From: a virus
Length of the DNA: 64,000 nt
Direction: 5' to 3' (one strand)
IMG/VR virus record: IMGVR_UViG_3300019752_000004
Location: 1 to 64,000 of that record
Positions 57,069-64,000 of this stretch are shown here, piece after piece (positions within the stretch are counted from its first letter, which is position 1; each line of letters starts with the position of its first letter). The notes beneath the pieces were generated by a model that made no database searches, was not told the origin of the DNA, and worked only from the letters and a program-made list of their open reading frames with translations. A program made the position numbers and the translations under genes.

Positions 57069-58400
57069 TCATTCTAAAGTCTGTACAATTTCGGTTGAAT
57101 TAGTATTCTTAGCCATGAACGTTGGATCAATAGTATGAACTACAGCGACAAACATTGCAAAAATGAAACTTACAATGAACAGCCATTTTACAACAAACAA
57201 AAAGCCTTTCAAGAAATATTTCAGCACAAAAAACAACAACACACCAAAAATAAAAGCAATAATAAAACTCATTTCTAATTCTCCATTCCAGTTAAGTCAA
57301 TCCGTTAAAACATTCGATTTCAGCTTTCAACTTATTGCGAACTGTGTATACATCCAAAAATTCACCAGTCACTACAAGTTGATTTCCATCAACAATATAA
57401 GTGAATTTAGCAGAACGATAATAAGTTGTCAACACCTTTTTTACATCTTCATGAAACTCTTGTGAAATGTAACGAGCTTCATTGCCACCAGAATAATATT
57501 TGATAAAAGTATCTTTCGTGATAGTCAAATACTTATCCACTCTCATATCATCCCACGGTGACATTTCAAAATATGTTTCACATTCATCAAAGAATTCCAA
57601 TTCAGACACATATGAAACTTTACCCATATCAATCATACCAATACCATCAATTTTAATCATCTCTATAATCCATTTTTAATTTATTACGTTTTTCCTGTAC
57701 TGTAAATACATTTGAACCTCTGATTCTTCTAGAATTTCCACAACAGAACGGGTTTGAACATAGTGTTCTGGTATTTTTAGCCAATCCAAATGCACGAGGT
57801 CGCCATTTTTCATCAATTTCATCAAGATATCCACGATGAATTTTCATAGATTTGTGGTAACCAATTTTTGCACGTTCTCTTTTGTTGCGGGGATGTTTCA
57901 TAAAACTCCTTTTCTAATATTTATACACCTGTAACACTCAGATACTGTATACCATTTATTGATCCCAAACCAGTTTCAGTTTTATATCTGTCAATGTGAT
58001 TGTGGTTATTAACTACAGGTGGTCTATTCACACAAGCATTCAAATGTCGTTCACATAGTTCTATATCTTCCAAGACATATTTGATATTTGCTTCATATGC
58101 TTTAGTTGTGTCAGGAAATGATTTAAAGTTCCAATTATTGACCAAATCATATAGTTTTGAATTGTTGTGATGAATAACATCATAGCACACATCTTTGAGT
58201 TTATCATAATCTGATCTGGATATCAGAATTGAATTGCCCATTTTAATGCAACCAGTTTTCCAATTCTTAGGATTCTTGACCCATTTTCTCACAATACGTT
58301 TACGTTTAGACTTTGGGAATCTAAACTGAATATGAATACAATCCAGATATTGATCTTCAATCACATGAACATTCAAACCAAACAAATCCATTACGTCCAT
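57069..58400 (-). other. four small hypothetical CDSs (57069-57272 membrane, 57292-57660, 57653-57901, 57921-58400)
   Basis: Coupled minus-strand ORFs downstream of gp41. Confidence 0.65.
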
Positions 58401-59767
58401 CCTTTTTTAAGATTGTTGTCCAAAGGTGAAGTGCCTTTTATTCTTTCATCATACGCTTTATCAGATTCAGACATTACACCTTCCTGTGACCTTTTGTCAA
58501 CATCAAAAAATCTTTGTCTGTCATTATCTAAACCCACAACAAATTTCTTCATCTTAGATTTATTATTATAACGGTTTTTATTGACAATAGCTATTGCTTC
58601 ATTCATTGCCGCCATATCGTCAGGTTGAAGCAATGCTATGACTAAATCAGCAATCTTTACAAGGTTGATTGCGTCACTTGTATCTGATAATGAAATATTG
58701 TCGGTCGCGTCCTGTGATTTTCTGTTAACCTGACCACCTGACCACGTAATAGCATTATATCTCACAGCTAGTGATCTAACCTCTCTAGCAATCGAACCAT
58801 AATAGTTATTGGAATTTAACATAGCACTTGCGGGTAAACTTGCACTAGCCATTTCACCAATATAGTCAAACAACAATACATCTGGTAAACATTTGTGTAA
58901 TAACTTAACTTCTTTAATATGATTCTCTACATGAGTAGCAGATGCACCGCCACTAGGAAATTCTTTGATAATGAACTTGCCATCAGTTTTTGACCGCATT
59001 TCATTAATCTTCATCATATATTCATTTAGAGTCTTGCGTTCGAGTTTATCAAATGTAGTTTCAAAGTTATTTACATCTGCACGATGTTTAATAACACTAT
59101 CTGATACTTCAAACGTATAATAATAAACATTTAAACCCTGTTTCAAATACATTATAGCCAGATGGATTAATGCCGTGGTCTTACCTACGTTAACACCCGC
59201 CTGAATAATATTAAGGGTTTTTCGGGGTACGCCACCTTTGGTACATTTATTGAACAACTCAATGTCAAACGGTGTTCTATTCATTTCCTGATAGAAAGTT
59301 TTATAATGTTCTTCGGCATCGTCATAATAGTCTATACCTAGATCATTATCAATCTGAATAGAAACTGCATTCCTGAGAATCTCAGGAATATTATTCATTT
59401 CATCCTTTTTATTCTCTAGGATATCAATACATTTGTATAGTGCAAGGTGTGTTGCTCTATCAGTTACCCATTGCTGTGTCTGATCCAGCAACCAATTATT
59501 ATCTGGTTCATCACTATAATCTTTAATTTCCTGTAGGCAATCAATGATAGATTCATAAATGCTATCATTTACTTTTAATTTTGTAACTTCGAGTACAATA
59601 GCATCTAGACTTGGATTGTTATTGTACGTGTCAATGTAATTGCTGATAATTTTGAAAATCTCTTTGGTACCATAATCTTCAAAATATTCTGAATCAAGTA
59701 TTGTAATTACTTGGGTCTGGTAACGGTTATTATTAATAAGATTTGCTAAAATCGTGGTTTCAATCAT
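58391..59767 (-). CDS. gp41: replicative DNA helicase (T4 gp41-like)
   Basis: IETTIL.NL, TKGGVPRKTLN, GVNVGKT, IKEFPSG, FDYI, IARE.R.LA, KNRY. Confidence 0.93.
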   Translation of the reverse strand: MIETTILANLINNNRYQTQVITILDSEYFEDYGTKEIFKIISNYIDTYNNNPSLDAIVLEVTKLKVNDSIYESIIDCLQEIKDYSDEPDNNWLLDQTQQWVTDRATHLALYKCIDILENKKDEMNNIPEILRNAVSIQIDNDLGIDYYDDAEEHYKTFYQEMNRTPFDIELFNKCTKGGVPRKTLNIIQAGVNVGKTTALIHLAIMYLKQGLNVYYYTFEVSDSVIKHRADVNNFETTFDKLERKTLNEYMMKINEMRSKTDGKFIIKEFPSGGASATHVENHIKEVKLLHKCLPDVLLFDYIGEMASASLPASAMLNSNNYYGSIAREVRSLAVRYNAITWSGGQVNRKSQDATDNISLSDTSDAINLVKIADLVIALLQPDDMAAMNEAIAIVNKNRYNNKSKMKKFVVGLDNDRQRFFDVDKRSQEGVMSESDKAYDERIKGTSPLDNNLKKGWT

Positions 59768-59786
59768 GAATACTCCTTTCAATGAG

Positions 59787-59815
59787 AGTATATATTATAA
59801 TTTTTAATATTGCAA
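59787..59815 (-). promoter_or_regulatory. sigma70-like promoter for gp41
   Basis: TTGCAA-N17-TATACT on the minus strand. Confidence 0.65.
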
Positions 59816-59819
59816 TAGA

Positions 59820-59852
59820 AAAGTGGAGAAAGATCATTTCTTTCTCCACTTT
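59820..59852 (-). terminator. Rho-independent terminator
   Basis: AAAGTGGAGAAAGA-N5-TCTTTCTCCACTTT. Confidence 0.75.
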
Positions 59853-59854
59853 GA

Positions 59855-60109
59855 TTATGACATTTTAAATTGTGTGTCATCACGCTTTAGAAGTTCTGTT
59901 ACAACATTCCCAACACATTCATTGAGTTCATCTGTAATTTCAATATCAGTCGTATATGATATTTTGGTTTTAAACTCCTTAGTGTTTTCATTCACCTTTA
60001 GAATGATTTTATCAATCTGGACACACACACCTTCAAATGGATGGTCCAATATGACATTACTCTGTTTAGGGTCTGATGGAACTATTGTTATTTTTCGGTG
60101 TCCGAACAC
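59855..60109 (-). CDS. possible T4 gp40-like head vertex assembly chaperone
   Basis: Lies between uvsX and gp41; weak PFEGV...VG.V..ELL pattern. Confidence 0.4.
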   Translation of the reverse strand: MFGHRKITIVPSDPKQSNVILDHPFEGVCVQIDKIILKVNENTKEFKTKISYTTDIEITDELNECVGNVVTELLKRDDTQFKMS

Positions 60110-60326
60110 GTCCCAACTCCTTATAAAACATCCAACACATTTCAGACTCTACAGCCTTCTTACAAGCCTCGTAAGATTCATTCCGAGTCTTACCATAGAA
60201 TTCACCTAAAGTGTCTTCATACTCGACACAGACGGTTTTAAACATATCACCAGCACTACAAGTCTTGTATGCATAATGTGTAGAACGAATTTTAATATCA
60301 CTTGGGAAGATTTCAGTATCAGTCAT
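60066..60326 (-). CDS. hypothetical protein
   Basis: ORF directly after uvsX with AAGGA RBS. Confidence 0.6.
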   Translation of the reverse strand: MTDTEIFPSDIKIRSTHYAYKTCSAGDMFKTVCVEYEDTLGEFYGKTRNESYEACKKAVESEMCWMFYKELGRVRTPKNNNSSIRP

Positions 60327-60328
60327 AA

Positions 60329-61417
60329 TTATTCCTTTTCAGCAGTTTTAACGATCATTTCACCAGTTGTTTCATCAACGACAAATGTTGAATTTGCCTT
60401 GCCACGATTCAATTGAAACATGTCTTTTACATATTCTTTAAAGTTATCATTTTCCAGAATAGGTGTCAAGTATTCTTCATCAAATTCGATATGTTTACGC
60501 CATTGCAATTTATTATCATCAATACCAAGGATATCAGCGTATTTATAACGTTTACCTTCTGCTTCAATGAATCCACCAGCTACGGCCCATTCAAACACAC
60601 CAGACATCTTTTCAATACCACCATCAAATTTAACAGTAAGTGGAATTGCAGACTTTTCTTTGACTGCACGGGATTTTAAAAGATTCATAATGAAATTATA
60701 ACCTACAAGATTTTTATCATTATCTTTTACAACCCTACGACCCATCAACAATTGTGAATTGCAACTAAGTGTAGCCTGTTTACCACCTTTCACAATTGGA
60801 TCAGCATATTTATTAGAAATGTCTTCATATGTACTGTTAATAATGAGACATGGAATTCTAAGCATATTAAGTTTAGGTGTAATAATTCTAAACATTGAAT
60901 TCAAAGATTTTGCACGAGTCATATCAGCAACTTCCTTTTCATTCAGTGCATCATTAACTTCCTTTGAGCTTGCAATCTGTGAAATAGAGTCTACTAAAAT
61001 AATGATTCTAGTTTCTTCCCCCTGCATGGCTTCAAGAACTTTGGAAAGTGTTTGTTTCATTTCCTCTACGTTAGTAGCAAACTTATGAATCACCCTGTTC
61101 GCATCGATACCAAAATATTCAAAACTTTCAATTGGAATACCATCCTCTGCATTCAGATAGTATAGATACGAATCTTCGTGTGCGTCAAGAAAGTTTGAAC
61201 ACTGTTTCAAAGCAATGTTAGATTTAAAATGTTTACTTGGACCCAAAATCATATGAATACCTCTCATAAGACCACCATCAATTTCACCAGACATGGCTAC
61301 AGCAATTGCTGGGGTATCCAATGGACATTCATATTTTTTGGCTGGATCAAAATGATCAGATTTACTAATCAATTCTGAACCAGTTGTTTTCATCAGTTTC
61401 TTAGCAAATGAACTCAT
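60329..61417 (-). CDS. uvsX: RecA-like recombinase UvsX
   Basis: A.SG..DGGL, GPSKHFKS, VDSI...ASSKE..DA, DMTRAK.L.S.FRI.TP. Confidence 0.94.
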   Translation of the reverse strand: MSSFAKKLMKTTGSELISKSDHFDPAKKYECPLDTPAIAVAMSGEIDGGLMRGIHMILGPSKHFKSNIALKQCSNFLDAHEDSYLYYLNAEDGIPIESFEYFGIDANRVIHKFATNVEEMKQTLSKVLEAMQGEETRIIILVDSISQIASSKEVNDALNEKEVADMTRAKSLNSMFRIITPKLNMLRIPCLIINSTYEDISNKYADPIVKGGKQATLSCNSQLLMGRRVVKDNDKNLVGYNFIMNLLKSRAVKEKSAIPLTVKFDGGIEKMSGVFEWAVAGGFIEAEGKRYKYADILGIDDNKLQWRKHIEFDEEYLTPILENDNFKEYVKDMFQLNRGKANSTFVVDETTGEMIVKTAEKE

Positions 61418-61420
61418 AGG

Positions 61421-61939
61421 CTAATCTCCGTAAATTTCTTTTTCCATAGATTTCTTTTCACCGTCTTTATCGTTACCATAATCACCATCATATTCTTTGA
61501 GTGCTTCGGCATCAGCACAAATGTACTGGGCTACGCGGGTTCCACGTTTAATCATGGCTTTGCCATCACACTTCAAACCTTGTGTCATAGGACCATTATA
61601 ACCAGAATCATATAAACACGTCTTAACATGCAAACCATTTCTTTGAAGTGTTGAACGTGGTACAACCCAGCCAGCTTCTCCAACAGCTACATCAACTTCA
61701 CCTTCCATACGAATCTGATAATAGGAACCTTCTTTAAAATGGTAATAACCATTAGCATCTGGGGAGATTTCGTCTACATCACGATGAACTTTCTTATCTT
61801 CATCCAAAATGAACGGTGTGTGCATATGAACTTTAAATACACGGTCAAGTCGAAGGTCTACAGCATTAGGCTGAACCATATCTTCATCAATTTTAGTAAG
61901 ACTACTTTTAGCCTTATCTCCAGCAATGTTTTTAAGCAT
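61421..61939 (-). CDS. trimeric dUTPase/dCTP deaminase family protein
   Basis: QPNAVDLRL, PRSTL.RNG, YDSGY.G, GTRVAQ, YDGDY. Confidence 0.88.
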   Translation of the reverse strand: MLKNIAGDKAKSSLTKIDEDMVQPNAVDLRLDRVFKVHMHTPFILDEDKKVHRDVDEISPDANGYYHFKEGSYYQIRMEGEVDVAVGEAGWVVPRSTLQRNGLHVKTCLYDSGYNGPMTQGLKCDGKAMIKRGTRVAQYICADAEALKEYDGDYGNDKDGEKKSMEKEIYGD

Positions 61940-61948
61940 TAAATTCTC

Positions 61949-62524
61949 CTAGTAGTTAGTTTTAATACGACTATAGATTGTTTTCCAGTCTGACACTATA
62001 TCAAGACCTTCTTTATAGTCATTACAATTAGTTGGTGTCTCATACAAAAATAGATGTGCATGAGGTTGGTGTTTACACATAGGATACAAATACTCAGGTC
62101 TATCATCAATCATGATATCACATGGTACAGTATATTTATCACCAGTATCATAGAACCCATCATACTTGAAAAACTGAGATAAAAATCTTAGTTTTGATTC
62201 TACATGAGGTTTACCACAGCAATGTGATACAAAATTAATTTTATATCCATCACTATGTAATTGGTTAATATAAAGATCACTGTATGGAATTGGAAGAATA
62301 TCATCATAGATATCTCCACGTTCCCAGTAATCAAGACATCTGAACTCAGGTCTCCATTCTCTTACAATAGATTCCATTCCATCAAAATGCCTGTAACCCA
62401 GTTGTTCAATACACTCCATAACGTCAAACTTATGTTCTTCTGGTATGAAGTTGTCAATCCACTTGGCATAGTTCCAAAGTGGATTGACAACACACAAGTC
62501 AACATCAATATTGATTGTTTTCAT
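61949..62524 (-). CDS. HAD-family 5'(3')-deoxyribonucleotidase
   Basis: INIDVDLCVV, FVS, K..FL, DK..V..D.MIDDRP. Confidence 0.82.
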   Translation of the reverse strand: MKTINIDVDLCVVNPLWNYAKWIDNFIPEEHKFDVMECIEQLGYRHFDGMESIVREWRPEFRCLDYWERGDIYDDILPIPYSDLYINQLHSDGYKINFVSHCCGKPHVESKLRFLSQFFKYDGFYDTGDKYTVPCDIMIDDRPEYLYPMCKHQPHAHLFLYETPTNCNDYKEGLDIVSDWKTIYSRIKTNY

Positions 62525-62567
62525 AAAATACAATTTATCCTAATTAGAATATGATGTCAAATGGTTT

Positions 62568-64000
62568 TTAAAATAATGTGTTTTTACGCACATATGCATA
62601 ATCAGTAGCCGATACAAAGTTGTCTAATGCATTCTTAAACGACTTTTCAAACATAGAATCATAATCAATGAAATTATCTAAATCAAATTCCCTTGGCATG
62701 AAATCTGTATACGCAATTACATCAGTAGGTGTAGGGTTACTTTTTCTAAGATTCAGCATCTTAATCTTTTCGCCCGATCCAATCTTTTCATAATCCAAAC
62801 CAAGCTTGTCAACCATATAGTTGAATGTGAGTGCACCTTTTACGTGTCTAGGGCAACCCTTTTTAAATACAGTGGTCGGACTATGATATTTTTCAACGTT
62901 GTTAACGTTAGATACTATAGCAATATCATTCAAAGGCAATTCTTTGAATTCTTTCTTAATCTGTTTGTACAATGCAGTTAATTCAGTGCTATCATCATTC
63001 TCTAAAATAGATTTATAACACTTTTTGAGCTGTTCTCTACTCCATTCTGAATATGTGGATTGAATAGCTTCTAATCCCATCACTTTCATCTTAGGAGTAT
63101 CATACTGAATACCCTCGTTATTATTGACTATCATAGCATAACGTTTCTTGGCAGTCCACACAGCTGTTTCAGCAATGACTTCACGACTCCAGAACATACG
63201 GTTTTCATACCCATTCATGAATTCGTTGTAATCTAATGCGGCCTGTTGAATAACTGGGTTTAATACAGTTTCACACCAATTGTCAATGTTTTTAGTGATT
63301 TCAATGCTAGATAATTTATCCCATCCATGTTTTAGCACAACTGCTTCAATACAATAATAGTCTGAATCTGTGTCACCAGCAATAGTATAATCTACATTAC
63401 GTGTGTCACAATATTCATTCAAGAATTTGTTCACAGTATAGTATGTATACTTGTTGATGGCTCTAGAACTGCCTGTAATAGCCTCTGCAATCACTTTCTT
63501 TGAATACCTGAACCATTTGTTACCTATAGCACCATAAAGGCTGTTAATCATGATTTTGATACCCATTTGCTTTGTATCATGACTTGCAATAAGATTCTTC
63601 AATTCAGTGATTTTACTTATAGCAGGAGTCTCAAGTGACTCCAAATCAACTAACTGCTGTTTTAGGGCCTTCATCTCCGTCTTAATTGCTTTACGTTGTG
63701 CATATAGTTCACGTGTAAATATAGAGAGATCAGACATTTCATCTAGTTTAAAAAATTCAAAATTAAGAGCCAGAGACACATTATATTTCTTCAACGTCTT
63801 AAATTTAATTTTATTCACACATGGTACAAGTTCATCATCAATGACTTTACCAGATTGTAATGCGGAGAACAGAGATTTTAAATTATCTACATCAGCTGGA
63901 TCAGATACATCAATAGCATCTCTGATTTCATCTAATATTTCATTTCTAATCTGAGTTCTAAGTTTATAATCCTGTACAAGTGTGAACAGGCTCATATTAC
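62568..64000 (-). CDS. gp43: family B DNA polymerase (T4 gp43-like), C-terminal part truncated by window
   Basis: Q...KIMINSLYGAIGN, AGDTDS, AKKRYA, KVMGLE. Confidence 0.94.
   Translation of the reverse strand, partial: NMSLFTLVQDYKLRTQIRNEILDEIRDAIDVSDPADVDNLKSLFSALQSGKVIDDELVPCVNKIKFKTLKKYNVSLALNFEFFKLDEMSDLSIFTRELYAQRKAIKTEMKALKQQLVDLESLETPAISKITELKNLIASHDTKQMGIKIMINSLYGAIGNKWFRYSKKVIAEAITGSSRAINKYTYYTVNKFLNEYCDTRNVDYTIAGDTDSDYYCIEAVVLKHGWDKLSSIEITKNIDNWCETVLNPVIQQAALDYNEFMNGYENRMFWSREVIAETAVWTAKKRYAMIVNNNEGIQYDTPKMKVMGLEAIQSTYSEWSREQLKKCYKSILENDDSTELTALYKQIKKEFKELPLNDIAIVSNVNNVEKYHSPTTVFKKGCPRHVKGALTFNYMVDKLGLDYEKIGSGEKIKMLNLRKSNPTPTDVIAYTDFMPREFDLDNFIDYDSMFEKSFKNALDNFVSATDYAYVRKNTLF

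Noticed and set aside
62568-64000. Split DNA polymerase (gp43A/gp43B), suggested by TAA-T-ATG at 63995
   Set aside because: The frame stays open to the window edge (xGT AAT ATG). N-M-S-L-F-T corresponds to the NISPET segment after motif A, so simple truncation by the window is more likely.
1-64000. tRNA and rRNA genes
   Set aside because: No T-loop or cloverleaf candidates were recognised by eye in the short intergenic spaces; tRNAscan-SE would be needed to exclude them fully

Overview
A 64-kb AT-rich segment of a large lytic T4-superfamily myophage. Gene content and my recollection of the gp43 insert, RuvC/FmdB/gp33/gp32 block, DinG helicase and Alt-like head protein suggest a distant Ackermannviridae relative (inference, no search run). 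Class III ribonucleotide reductase suggests an anaerobic or facultative host. Core genes: intein-containing nrdD plus nrdG; gp45/44/62/regA; gp52; RNase H; gp55/47/46; gp25/5/26; gp33/32; gp4; gp2; gp48/53/27/29/54; gp41; uvsX; dUTPase; a 5'-nucleotidase; and the 3' part of gp43. Accessory genes: an IbrB/IbrA-like ParB plus PAPS-reductase pair, a CCA-adding enzyme, a TMEM65-like membrane protein, an orphan HigA-like protein, an RlaP-like nucleotidyltransferase and an uncharacterised 687-aa/120-aa early pair. There is also a late-expressed pair: an Alt-N/DarA-C-like protein and an LPD5/LPD1-like polyvalent protein. The clearest non-coding structure is four families of dispersed intergenic repeats. 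Two of them build complete early promoter-small ORF-terminator-late promoter cassettes inside the baseplate operon, and one ORF appears broken by a chimeric repeat leader. A likely -1 frameshift joins gp26 to a startless gp51-like ORF. No tRNA, rRNA or CRISPR array was recognised.
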